From assembly GCA_002633005.1 (NCBI GenBank), contig NMRA01000254.1:62001-126000 (forward strand): a DNA stretch of 64,000 nt. Direction: 5' to 3'. The translations under genes were made by a program, and so were the position numbers. Below, in pieces: positions 52,414 to 64,000 of this stretch (positions are counted from its first letter, which is position 1; every line of letters begins with the position of its first letter). This DNA comes from Phoronis australis. Taxonomy: Eukaryota > Animalia > Phoronida. Under the pieces are notes generated by a model that saw nothing but the letters and a program-made list of their open reading frames with translations, was not told the DNA's origin and searched no databases.

Positions 52414-52987
52414 GTGAGTAATTTAGTGTGGCAAAGGGGGGCATCGCACGGATGGAAACTTTGTAGCCAATGACAACTCTTTGTGCCAACAGAAAACCTG
52501 GAAAATGGCAAGAATGGGAAACTAGTGGTAGCGATGAAAAAAATTATAATTTGGGGAAATTCGTATAAAGGTAAATCATATTGTTAGTCACATTGCCAGT
52601 ACAGTGGCTCTGAATCCAGATCTATCTAAGCTCACAAGCTGTTATATTGGCCAATGTATTTCAGAATGCTAGGAACATGACATAGTCATGCTGGTTGTCT
52701 TCTCAGGTTTCCTCGCTTCATTTTGATGAACTCTTCATAATGCTGTCTGCCTACTGGCTACAGTAAAATCTCACCAATTGTGGACAAAGATAATTGACAA
52801 AATTACTCCCGCCGTCTTTTTTCAGTTTGGAAGGACTTTTAACATCATAGAGAATGCACACATTTTCTCCAAAATATCTGATGGTTGCTGTGGTACAGAA
52901 CTCGAACAAGGAAAAGCATTTCGGTGCAACGTATGTTTATAGAAAAATGGAGAAATCGAATGTTCACTTGTCTGCCATATTGTATGG

Positions 52988-53134
52988 CAGGGGCAGATCC
53001 AGGATTTTGAGTTGGGGGGGCAGGTCAGAGTATTAGCCAGGATTTTGCTGGTCAGACTTTCACACCCCCGATCTGCTAAATGTGATTTGGGAGAATTTTA
53101 GGGGGGGCATGGCCCATTTGGTCCCCGTCTAAGT
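52988..53134. mobile_element. MITE, reverse-complement copy of the 3626-3782 family
   Basis: CAGGGGCAGATCCAGGATTTTG..AGTATTAGCCA..TTTTAGGGGGG. Confidence 0.7.
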
Positions 53135-54754
53135 GTGTGGTGAGATTTTATCTTAGATGCAGTTGTTCTTGATTCCTTATTGCTTCCAGCTGCTTTTGCT
53201 TTGGCTGTATGTAGTAGTTTACTGTGACATGTAGATGAATAAAACCCAATTTAATTATGGATAAAGGTACCATACGAATATGATCTGATCCCGAGGGCGC
53301 TATCAGGTTGCCTATGAGCTGAGGGCAACAAATGTTTTCTGATGTCCTTAATAGCTTGTATCCTGGGGGTTCAGTCTATATTAGTTTTATTGAATGACCA
53401 CCGATGCGTCTTTTGATTTCTTTGTTTCTTAATGGCATGATTTTAGCTGGTTTGATGTATCCACATCGTCTGCTTGCTTTGTTTACAAGGTCGGAGATTT
53501 ATGGTTTCTACAGCATGGCGATCTCTGTTGTCTGGTCGGCTTGCATGCAAAGTGAATCTTATTAAATGGCTACTAGTCGGTCAACATCACCTCATAACAG
53601 TTCAGTCATATAGTGTTTTAGCTAATCAGAGGACACTATCAACGGTCGTTAAGTGTGATTCAAGTGTATGCGTGCATGTTCATTCCTCATAGGATGCTTC
53701 CAGAATTTGTTTTAGAACCATGCAAATGTGCAAAACTTGAAAACATGTGTTATTATATAATTCTAATATTTATGTGTTTTATTAAGGAGTTGCTTCCAGT
53801 TAAAATCCATTTCTTTTCATGCGCATTATGTGACTCAGAATGTATGCGACTCGAGGCATGTCTAGTCTTACTGTTATGTAAGGAAAAATTGTGCGAGGGA
53901 TATGCTTGGTTTTTAGTTGGTTCAGCATTTCAAGAAGTTAATTGTTGTGGCATTTGTCAAAGCGTCTAACTGGTAACAATCAGCTGTCATCACCAGTAGA
54001 AATAAAAAATTTGAAATGGTGCGCACCTTGTCATAGGAACTCTGCCGTGCCCTTTTGCTAGTATTTCATCCAGGTCTCTTCCTGCACTGCATAACACAAA
54101 TCCTATTGATCAAATTGCCAAATCCTATTGATCAATGCAGTGCCCCAATAATGTACTTCCCTGACCAGGCCCCAAGTATTGGATCATTTCATTCAAAGGA
54201 TGTGCACTTAATCTGGTCTCAACGGTTTACACATGACCACATCTTGTCCACAATTGCCTCTCAAGGGACCCTGAGCTCTTGTGTTCTATTGATTGGTGCA
54301 ACGGCTCGGCTCTTAGTGGGGAAAATCAGTGGAGTTGTGGTGGAATGATTGGTCTGGTTGATTATTATGTAGCTTTACCGTTTTTAGTGATTAATGCTGT
54401 GAAATTCGGTTGAAATTTACTGTGTCAGGTATGTACGATATCACTTGTTTGTCCACCCAGGGCGTGTTATTTAGATTTCAAAAAACATGAATTTTGCTGT
54501 TGACTTAAAAAAGATGTCGATTATTAAGCATTTAACGATACGCAATAAAACTTGCCGTCAAGCTGTGGTAAAGTTGTGTCAAGAACTTAGAAAGAGGTCA
54601 TGTCAAGGGTCATAAGGTTATGCAGGACCATAGTGAGGAGTCTGCAGGTTTAGCCAAATATCTAAATACATAAACCATTGTGAAATAAATTCTCCGTTGT
54701 CTCCTGAAGTCATGTTAAAATATATTATGTAAGCTCACTTACTAGGGGAGGAGT

Positions 54755-54791
54755 GCGAACGTTTCAGCCGACTACGATCGGCTTTCGTCAG
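54755..54791 (-). ncRNA. Minimal type I hammerhead ribozyme motif (Penelope-associated, possibly inactive)
   Basis: - strand CUGACGA-A-AGCCGA-ucguag-UCGGCU-GAAACGUUC: catalytic core boxes, 6-bp stem II, palindromic AACGUU stem III. Confidence 0.65.
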
Positions 54792-55130
54792 CTTGAGGTG
54801 CCAGTGGCAGTAATATTCTTAAACAGTAGTTGGTTGTGCATGAGGTAAGTTGACACCTAGGTCTTGGTTCAACGGTGGGGGGGGTCTTGAGTACGAATCT
54901 TTATAGACTCCTTGATCTTCCGTGAGTGCCAATTACAACTGCCATAACGTTGGCGTTCTTCATGGAGACGGAACGGCCACTCATAATCATGTGTTCACTG
55001 ACAGCTGTAGGTTTATCTTGTTTCTTATGTTCGTTAAGTCTAGTGTCCATATTACTTCTGGTCTCTCCTGTGTGTTTGTGTGCGAGAGGGTCTTGGTTAC
55101 ACTAGATTAATAAATAACACAAGATTGTTT
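54755..55130 (-). mobile_element. Decayed Penelope-like retroelement 3' part (GIY-YIG endonuclease remnant)
   Basis: - strand fragments VIY..C, TGETRSNMDTRLNEH..TAVSEH, NWHSRKIKESIKIR, LNQDLG, with frameshifts and stops. Confidence 0.8.
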
Positions 55131-56445
55131 GCCAACAGATGTCAGTTAGTTCCTAGGTTTGCTAGCGGACTGAATAGAATTTTGTTTACACTTCTGTGGT
55201 TAGATTAATTGCCTGCGGGAATTGGATTTATAATGTCTAGGTTAGCCTTGACCTTAAATTATCGCTGAGTTGGAATCAGCATTGTGCCATGCAAAGATAT
55301 TTAACTTTTCCTAAGAAGTGTGAAGGAGCAAACCTTCCCGTTGAATCCTGAATGGACTTCTATAGTTATATTGACGACTTTATGCTATAAGATATATGTT
55401 ATTATTAGGCGTAATCTGGTCAGAATTTATCAAGATCATGTTGTTTTGTAATTACTGATATCGTATTAATTAACGGCGCTGTTCAATTTGGTACTTATAT
55501 GGCTTGCTAGTAGTGTTATCCATAACGGATCAATACAGCTTGCACGCTGCATTAGTTCTAATGTAGAAGAGGGCAAGTTGATAAAGGCTGTACTGGAGGC
55601 AATAGACCTGGCAATGACTTGGGTATTCGATTATCTCCGTATGATTGTGTGTAGTTTGCACCATTAGTCACCACTGCTCCAAGCTCTGGGTGCAGGTTCA
55701 TCGACAGTTTGTCTTTTTGTACTAAAACACTGGTGTAAGTGTGGTTTGGAAATACCGGTATTTTTGGACGTTAATGTACGTTTGGTGTTGTTTTTATTAA
55801 GTTATGTGTAACAACGTCTAGAATATTTATCTCTGCTTTAAAATGTGAAGGAAACACTCAAATGAATTAACATCATGGTGACAAATCTAGTAGCTTGTTG
55901 CATTCAATGAACTCTCTTGTAAAGTTAGACATTCAGTGCCAGCTCATTGTGGTATAATATCAGTTTATTCCAGACACAAACTAGTAATGTGCTGTATGAG
56001 ACTTTTCTATATGTAGTTGTCAAAGGTGTAAAGTACTAAAATTTATTCTTAGGAGAATAATTTGATTTGATTATATATATATATATTTGTTGCATCCAAG
56101 ATCCTTGGCATAGCGTCTTCTCAAATCTTTGTAACGGTGCTTTGCATTCTCATTTTGCCTCCCATTATTGCCATCAAAAGAAGTGAATCACCGATCAGAT
56201 CCTGTATTTTAGGTGCCTGTCAGAATGAGTTTTTGTTTTTTCATGCTTTATGCAATCCCAAAGTCGCGTCCTTCAGTTTCCTGTATCTTGTTTCATTTCA
56301 CTAAACGTAGTGACTGACTTGTGTGCAAATGTCGTCTTGAGTACACATCTCTTCGCTAGATTGTAAGAATCAACTGTCATGTGTCTTGTCCATTGCGTGA
56401 TTGTTAATATATCAAATATGACCTGCTTCAACTCCTCTCTGATAG

Positions 56446-56668
56446 GTGGGCGACACGGTCGATGGGCTGTTGGAAGAACTCCACCTTCTCAACGATCAGG
56501 TGGCGTGCGCCGAACCCATCGCTGCCAGCACAGAGGGGCTGCAGGAACAGTTGGCAGAGAATAAGGACTTGATCGATGACTTGGCCAGCCGGCAGGAAGC
56601 TATTGCTGAGGTCAGGGACGCTGCAGATAGACTGCGGGAAACATTGCAAGAGGATGACAAGATTGATG
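56446..56668 (+). CDS. MACF1: Spectraplakin spectrin-repeat exon (VGDTVDGLL..AEPIAA..EQLAENK..DKID)
   Basis: ctctgatag| and ATG|gtaagg, phase 0-1. Confidence 0.93.
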
Positions 56669-57253
56669 GTAAGGGTAAAGTTGTGTCTTGGGTTTGTGTT
56701 ATGGGAGCCAGGTTATGGTGGAGATCTAAGATTAGTTTTAGGCTATAGATTCAAGGTTTAGAGTTATACAAGTGGCTCAGGCTTTGGGGTAGGGTTATTG
56801 GAGAGGGGTCATGACTTTAAATTTGGGCTCGGATGATAGTTCTTGCCTAGGGTCTGTTTCATAGACTAGAGAAGATTTGATGAAGGCCCGTATATATTGG
56901 GCCATCAGAAGTTGATTGGCTTTACAAATAATAAAGGGTACACTCGCACACTGCCACATAAATGCATGCCTGTGCAGGGCGTTAAAATAGGAAACTAGAA
57001 AATCGGGGTGGTGTTGCGCTGAGCACGGGCGTTTATAAGTGAAAATTTTGAAATTTCAGATGTAGGTGTTAAGGCGAACATGGCCATTAACCCGGCAATA
57101 GTATGATTACTTGTTGTAGGGATGTGAAAATCCCTTGATAAACAAAATGTTTCAGTTCTCTTTATTGAAGTAATTGTTACCAAGTCAGTAATTGCGTGAA
57201 GAATTTGCAAAAAGAGGAGATTCTGTACGAGACACAATGTTGTTTTCCATCAG

Positions 57254-57486
57254 TTGAAGACTTGATGGGAAAGGTGGAAGAACTCGAACGTCTGAATCAG
57301 TCTATCAGTGAGGCGACCAAAGAACGGGGTGATGCTATCACCACGGCGCTCGAGGCGGCGCAGCGGTTCTGGACCATATACAATGACCTGATGGCGGCGC
57401 TGCATGACGTGGGTGATAACTTGTCATCCCTCGACCAGCCGCACGTCGAGAGTGATGGAGTCAAAAAGCAACAACAGGAGCTCAAG
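57254..57486 (+). CDS. MACF1: Spectraplakin spectrin-repeat exon (..AQRFW..QQQELK)
   Basis: ccatcag| and AAG|gtaggt, phase 1-0. Confidence 0.93.
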
Positions 57487-58370
57487 GTAGGTCGAACCTG
57501 GGACAAGGCTGTAAAGTCAGTTATATGCAGCCATTACTCATGTATGATGAAGCAGCCATTCTGAAGTAGCCTAGTTTTATATGTTCATTTGTGCTCAAAC
57601 ATAGCAGAAACCACTCACTTTCCTTTAGTATCCTCCATAGTTGGTAAAATTTTCACCTCCACAGCTTTTCCCGTCTAACGTTAGACTTTGAAACAATTTG
57701 AGTCAAGACATTATACTGGCTCCCTCTGTTGCTGCTTTCCTCAGCAGCTCAGATCAGTCACAAACATACAAACTCGTTGTACTTGACTGTTTTAACCTGC
57801 ACTGTACACTTTTATTCTGTACAATCATACACTTTTTAATTTTAAATTCTAAATAGCATTAATTTGTCTCCATGGTGACGCCTTATGTGATTGAAGAAAC
57901 ATGTTGCCTCACCAAATTGTGCGTACTCCATGCCTGGTGGTTCTTTTTCTTCCGGTATCTGGCCAGTCCATGAGCAGAATTTGATTCGTTCATCCAGGCT
58001 TGAGCAAAGGATTGTTCACTCCAGTGTGAAATAAGATAACATACACCCTCGCTGTTTCCTATTTTTTTGTTTGTATTGTGCAGGAAATAAAACGCTGTAG
58101 TGGCACTGGCCATTTGTGTTGCCTATATCATATCAAGCTTAAAAACTTGCATGACCAACTGTCTTGAGAATGCAGAGCTTGATATTGGCGTCCTGCAGAT
58201 TTTTTGGGCGAGTTGCTAAAAATATCTGGTGGCTATGAACTTGCCAGACACACATCTGGGCCCATTGGGTTTCCTTCTTTTGGCACATTAATTTGGCGAG
58301 TTGTCTTTGTGCTAAGTCTTGAGACCGGGAACGATTATTGTTTGTAAAGATACTGAAACGACTGTTGCAG

Positions 58371-58595
58371 GAAATACAAGATGAGTTCCAACAACTGACG
58401 CCACAAGTAGAGAAGTGCGAAGAAGCAGGCCGCACATTGGCCGCGGTGTGTGGTGAGCCTGGCCAGGTTGAGATCGACAAACACATGGAAGATATCAGCT
58501 CAGCGCGGGAGGAGATTGAAGATGGGTTGAAGGAACGGCAGCAGGATCTGGACGAAGCCCTGGAGAGGGCGCAGCGGTTTGAGGAAACGATGAAG
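58371..58595 (+). CDS. MACF1: Spectraplakin spectrin-repeat exon (EIQDEF..CGEPGQVEIDK..FEETMK)
   Basis: ttgcag| and AAG|gtatgc; CGEP motif as in the MACF/shot rod. Confidence 0.94.
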
Positions 58596-58984
58596 GTATG
58601 CGTTGTTCTTATGTGATGTGGGGGGAATGCAATGATTAGTTGAAACAGTGTTGTCTCAGTTCATGTGTCTTTCGTTATTTTGTGATGTACTTAACTTACA
58701 TCATATAGCAAGTTTAATTTGAAAACTGGTCGGAACAATGTTTATTTTAAAATTGGTTGGAACATAAGTTCTAATTGGAGTATACGTTTTTGTTGTCTTT
58801 GTAATTCTCCAGCAAATAATGAAAAATCATTCTTTTCGCGTGCTGAAAAGGTTTCCAAAAATTTGGATATATTTCTGTGATTTTGAGAGAAATGAAACTA
58901 GAGCACTAGATCAATGACAAATGTAAGTTTTGAAATAATCTGTCCCCAATTAATAGGCTGATGTACTGTTGTCTGTAATTGCAG

Positions 58985-59254
58985 GGCATCATGTCGTGGC
59001 TACCTAGACAAGAGGAGAAGCTGTCCCAGCTGAGTACCCCAGCCACCAACACACGCGCCCTCAGGATCCAGATTGAGGAAGCCAAGGTGTTGCGCCTGCA
59101 GGTGCACCCCAAGTGTGTTGAGGTAGAGTCCCTCAACCAGCAGGCGAATGAGTTGAGGAACCTGTCACCAGTGGGTGCTGAGGGACTGGCTGCACAGACG
59201 GACGAGGTCACAGACAGATGGAACAAACTGATCAAGGGCATCGCTGACCGAGAG
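58985..59254 (+). CDS. MACF1: Spectraplakin spectrin-repeat exon (GIMSWL..DRWNKL..ADRE)
   Basis: ttgcag| and GAG|gtgagg, 270 nt. Confidence 0.94.
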
Positions 59255-59533
59255 GTGAGGGGACCTTGTTGAGTGATTATAATTTTGGTAACTTTTTTTG
59301 ACCTCTTCTTAATCTCTTGGTTATGTGAAGCAAATTCTCTAACATGCATTTTGAATGTTTGTTCAAGAAGTCATTAATAGTCAAGAAGTCATTATAATAG
59401 TCAAGAAGTCATTATTATAGAAACTGGATTACATTTCACTCTGCCTTGTACATTCAAATGTCCAACATAGGGAAGTAATTGACAAAGACAACAGTTAATC
59501 TTCGATAATATGTATGAAATTTCTTCCTTTCAG

Positions 59534-59689
59534 CATCAACTGCAGAAGAACCTAGTACGGTTGGGAGAGTTAGACCACGCTCTGGACGACACCATAGGTC
59601 TGCTGCAACAGCTGGAACAGGACTTGTCAGAAATGGACAGTATCTACGGTGACCCAAGATTCATCGAAACTCATCTGAAGAAAATCAAG
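59534..59689 (+). CDS. MACF1: Spectraplakin spectrin-repeat exon (HQLQKNLVRLGE..GDPRFIETHLKKIK)
   Basis: cctttcag| and AAG|gtagaa; GDP..IE..L.K motif. Confidence 0.93.
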
Positions 59690-60000
59690 GTAGAATTCTC
59701 AATTCTTTGGATTCTAACAATAAGTTTTAAAATTTCGTATGCATATCGTTTGTACAAAGATCGAGTTGTCCAAGGTTTTGAAAATAACTAAACCTGTTAT
59801 TTGAGTTTATTCATTGTTCATTCCACACACTGTTTCTCGTTTGTGGCTAAAATTGATATTTGTTACTTTGTGAAATTTGTGGTTGAATATACGACTGTTG
59901 TTATTGAGTTTGTTTGACTTTTTGATTTTATTTTTCATGTTTCTTTGCTAACTGGTGACATTTTTGCTGAACTGTTATTTAAGCCTATGTTTTTGGGCAG

Positions 60001-60100
60001 TAGTCATTTTCACGGGTCCCGTTTTTTGAGAACCAGTTCGATGCTTTTTATTTAGTAGAGAAAACTGGTTCTCAAAATGCCGGACGCGTGTAAGTGACTA
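60001..60100. mobile_element. 100-bp palindromic MITE
   Basis: TAGTCA...TGACTA ends with a nested GAGAACCAGTT/AACTGGTTCTC palindrome; same family as 37961-38059. Confidence 0.7.
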
Positions 60101-60267
60101 TCACACATTTTTGCAGCGACTGTTCTCAAGGTTGGAAATGTTGAGTTGTGATTGTCATAAAATGTAAGACTGATTAAAGCTTTGGCAGGCCAGGATTTTT
60201 TTTGTCGCCACATGGTTTTGCCAAAAATTTAATGATGAGAAACTTTTATGCCGTGTTATTCCTTTAG

Positions 60268-60471
60268 CTGATGCAGCAAGATCTGCTTAACTACTCACCC
60301 ATTGTCAAGTCGCTCAATGATGCCGTCACTGACATGATTAGTGCCGAGGGTGACCATAACAGGATGGTGTCGCCACTGTTGGAGAAGCAAGATGAACTCA
60401 ACACGCTCTGGGCATCTGTAGACATACTTGCCAGAGATCGGAAGAATGGCTTGGAGGACCAGCTGAGACAG
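60268..60471 (+). CDS. MACF1: Spectraplakin spectrin-repeat exon (LMQQDLL..LNTLW..LEDQLRQ)
   Basis: cctttag| and CAG|gtataa, 204 nt. Confidence 0.92.
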
Positions 60472-61045
60472 GTATAACCATGGAATATAATATTATGCAA
60501 ACTTGGAGTGTGTATTCAAATTGCAATGAATGTCTAATAGATTGTACAAAATATTGGTTTAATCATTTGTCAAAGTTTTCGGGTTATCACATTGTGTTTC
60601 AATTGGTTTTGTTTGCTTAAATTTTATTTTGTCGCAGTTGTGTAGTTTGAAGATCTACCAAATTCACTAGAAAAAGCTCTATTTAAATATCCATAATCTT
60701 TCGCAGACATCGAGCAATATTGAAGCGCCGTTGTCACTACTTCGTCGTTCAAAAATCCTATCACTATTAATTTGGCTCATTTCTTATCCTGGATATGAAT
60801 TTTTAAATGCTTGCTTCTCTCCTTTCTTGGCAATTGCAATTGCTGTTGTAATATCCTTGTTTTCTCATCTGAAAGCATAATATATAACAATGACCCTATG
60901 GCATGGTATTTATTCGTAGCAGTTTGCAGCTTACGCATCAGTGAAATTTACTGCTCTTCATCCTAAACACAAACATTACTAAAATTGTTGTACCTTTAAA
61001 AACTACTTTGTCATGTAGCTAACCGTGCTTGTTGATGTCTTGCAG

Positions 61046-61174
61046 GCTAAGGCATTCATGGGGGAGGTGGAAGATCTCATCTACTGGTTCGGTGACTTCA
61101 GGAATAAGCTCAAGTCTGCTCAGCCCCTCGGTGCTCTACCAGAAACTGCCAACAAACAGTTTGGACGGTTCATG
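61046..61174 (+). CDS. MACF1: Spectraplakin spectrin-repeat exon (AKAFMGEVEDLIYW..PLGALPETANKQFGRFM)
   Basis: ttgcag| and ATG|gtaggc; resembles the P.GGLPETA..Q...FM motif of MACF1/DST/shot. Confidence 0.94.
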
Positions 61175-61538
61175 GTAGGCCATATTTCTCTTACGTTGAT
61201 TATTCATGATTTAGTTGTCAGCCATAGCCTTGTTTTTCATGTTTTTGTGCTGCCATTAACCCATTAGCACTGAAGTGACAAATGTGATACTGTAAATAGA
61301 TAAAGGTCTTTGTTCATTTGGCTGTGGAACATCGAATGAAGGTTGAGTCCTATTGGAGTTACTTGGTAGTCACCAGCGAGTGTGACTTATGCTTGGAAAG
61401 TTTCCGTTGAAATGCACTGAAATGTCAAAGAAAGTTCAATAAAGATAAATGGTTTAGGATCAGCTTTGTGATACAGTATCAGTTTGTCATTGCAGTGTTT
61501 AAGCCGATGGTGATGGTTAGTTTTAATGATATATCCAG

Positions 61539-62052
61539 TAAGGTTATGTAGGTTCCTAGAAAAATGTCCAAATTTTGCTGATTTCGGAACTTCGTATCTC
61601 AGTAATGGCAGTTACGTTCCATACGAAACTTTCAAAATACCGTGGTGCTTCATGCTTTGTTCTTCAAACCTCTGTTGGTAATTGTTTTTAAAATGTCCCA
61701 CTTTGCATGAGTGGTTATTAATAATAAGACTTGTATGATTTTCACAAAAAAACATTGTCACATAATATGAAAATGAAGTGATATTTCAGACATTTGTCTG
61801 GAATTTTGAGACGTCAACTTAAACATTTAACCTTATTAAAGAACATATGACCGCGTTATTGATTTCACTGTTTTGCCATCTTTCTTTTTTGGTAAATTTT
61901 ACTAAAACGTGGTCATGGTACCCAGTTAATGACGAATTGGTAAACTGCCAAAAACCAAATTCTACAGGCTTTCTACTTTCAAAAATGTATACCTTTACTT
62001 AGTTATGGTTTTGCAGATTCTTGGCTAAATGCACAGGTCCTACATAAGTTTA
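61539..62052. mobile_element. ~510-bp TIR-bounded non-autonomous DNA element
   Basis: TAAGGTTATGTAGG ... CCTACATAAGTTTA inverted ends; homologous to 31022-31482. Confidence 0.65.
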
Positions 62053-62886
62053 CTTTAGTTGTCCTATTAGGGCTCATTTTATCCGTGGTTGGACGTCCGG
62101 TTGTAGTCGAAGTACATGTTGAGCATTGTTTTGGTTTTGTGACAGTTTTGCTCTGTTTCATAAAATGGCCAGAGCCGAATGTTTCGATTTAATTGAACAA
62201 TTTTCTCTGATTACTTTGTCGTGGCAATGGAGTTCATAGGTTTTTTTCTTTGATTAAAAAACTGAGTCATTCTTATGATATCTTACTATGAAATTGGTAA
62301 TTTTTGGTCCACCAAAGCAGCGCTCAATATAACTGTAAGGTGGTTGGAGGTACATGAGTGAACGTGACACGTGCCTTTTCTTAGAAAGAAATCTACATTG
62401 TAACTAATGTTAATTCGACCATAATTTATGGTCACACTAACCATCTTCTTCAACCACATTCAATTAACACGTAAGTTGCCAATAAAAATCTCCGATGCGA
62501 CAATCTTCGCTATGACTGGGCGTATTCCACCTTTGAAAAAATGGGCCCCAAATGACACTGTAACCTATTATTTAGTTTTGTGATGCATGTAAGTTTGTGG
62601 TTTAGTTTAATCCACGTTTTCATCCGTTACCCACTTTTCCTGCCCCACTAACCAGGGTTTATAATGCATGCGTAACAGTTGGGCATGTTTTGCAGTTTAC
62701 TTAGAGTTAAAGAATAATCCTTGGCAGCTATTTTGCCAAGAATAGAGCGGATATTCATCTAGTCGTTTGCATAGATTGTGTAGATTTGATATTTGCTTGG
62801 GAATCCTTCTACAGCCTAAACTAACCAACATTTTCTATTGCTTTCAACCTGCCTCTAACCTCTAATTTGCTCTGTTTTATCTTAAG

Positions 62887-62904
62887 AGGTGTGAAAATGT
62901 GGAG
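62887..62904 (+). CDS. Candidate 18-nt alternative microexon (RCENVE)
   Basis: Pyrimidine tract with CTAAC branch-like motifs, cttaag| acceptor, consensus GAG|gtgagt donor, phase 0-0 in frame with the preceding exon. Confidence 0.6.
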
Positions 62905-64000
62905 GTGAGTTTCTTTATGTGGCAAACGCACACAACACCAGTCCTCGCCAGCACTTTGTCCTTCATTTCCTGCTTATGATAGATTGCTGAGTCAGCATTC
63001 ATCCTGCAACTCTGCAAACAAGGCTATTTTAGATCCCCTGTTGTATTGTGGCGGTCAACGCGTCGACTCTTTTCCAAATTTTTTTGGAGCAAAGTCAGCT
63101 TGTTTGAAGCTTATTATGATTGTATGAAGGTATGATACATGCCTTTTACTAAGGAGACAATTAGCATTACAAAGATGTTCTGATGTTTCTGCGATAACTG
63201 TTAAGGCCTGTTCGCACTAAGCGATTTGTCTGCACTCCATAGTTGCAGTTGTGTTTCAGAGAAATTGGTTTGTGGGCTTTGAAATTGCACAGATTGATCA
63301 GTGACAAGTCTGCAATTACATCAGGATGTCCACACTTGATAACGAACTGTCGTTTGACGATTTCGTTGCAAGCAAATATATTTGTGAAGAGGACTTCAGG
63401 GTTTTGATCAAGCAGTTATCCGTTAATTTAATTGTCATTAATATATGACATTTTTCTATCATGAATATATCTTATTTCACCAGCTCCAGATCTCGTCATC
63501 TTCAAACGTCAGTTATGTTATACGAATTTCCCACCATTCCATGGCCTGAATGCACTGAACACCATTGACTCTATACTATTCATAGAGGATTAGGTGGGGA
63601 AGCAAACTTGGATTGTTGGTTGAAACATCAGAGCATCAAGAATGCAAAATGTTTTTCACTGTGTAACATATCTTCATACCTCCACACCAGAGACCACCAG
63701 ACTGGACTCAAAAATTGGCCAATCACATCCCGTCAAATTCAAACGTTTATTTGAACTGTGTCACGCCCTTCATGGGCAAGTTTAAAGTCTATAGTCTGTG
63801 GTAAAGGTTACTGATCTTAGCAACCATGAAAGGTTCATTCACTTATTACTTTTGAAGATTCTTGTTGAAGTTCTAATGAGATAAATGAAGGCTGTATATA
63901 ATTTAATATATATCAGTCTGTTAGATGAGGCCATGTTGACGGTGGGTTTAGACCAGCTGTGCACTTAGTCACATGACTGTAGTAATCACCACTCTTTGTT

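Larger units (their letters stand above)
10302..61174 (+). other. MACF1: Spectraplakin gene (MACF1/dystonin/shot-like), partial, ~34 coding exons; 3' end lies outside the window
   Basis: Chained GT-AG exons encode plakin-type spectrin repeats with an SH3 insert, plectin repeats (VIDP..ISL.EA...G.ID) and spectrin repeats (W-L motifs, L..Q...H). Phases are consistent across the 27 exons from 32013 to 61174. The symbol denotes the family, not strict orthology. Confidence 0.9.

Noticed and set aside
53235-53396. Palindromic element resembling non-autonomous Crypton repeats
   Set aside because: Only short imperfect inverted ends and a single copy in the window
1-64000. tRNA, rRNA, prokaryotic operons or defence systems
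   Set aside because: No cloverleaf, rRNA signature or bacterial gene density was seen; the architecture is spliceosomal

Overview
Eukaryotic (invertebrate animal) genomic DNA, AT-rich and intron-rich; not a prokaryotic window. It is dominated by one + strand multi-exon gene of the spectraplakin family (MACF1/dystonin/shot/VAB-10). I reconstructed about 34 coding exons (~7.6 kb, ~2,500 aa) from 10302 to 61174; the gene continues past the window end. Domain order is a divergent, apparently shortened plakin domain with its SH3 insert, then plectin (plakin) repeats including a 2.1-kb exon, then a spectrin-repeat rod. The 27 exons from 32013 to 61174 join in consistent phase via GT-AG introns. No calponin-homology actin-binding exons were found, and the first coding exon has an in-frame stop before its ATG, suggesting an ABD-less form. 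A candidate 18-nt microexon (62887-62904) sits among Rbfox, QKI and UGC motifs. Introns carry a TTAA-flanked Kolobok-type deletion derivative with a THAP remnant, a 5'-truncated RNase H LINE, a decayed Penelope-like element with a minimal hammerhead ribozyme, several MITE families and mini/microsatellites. There is also one probable haplotype-overlap assembly artefact. All calls come from manual reading; no database search was run.
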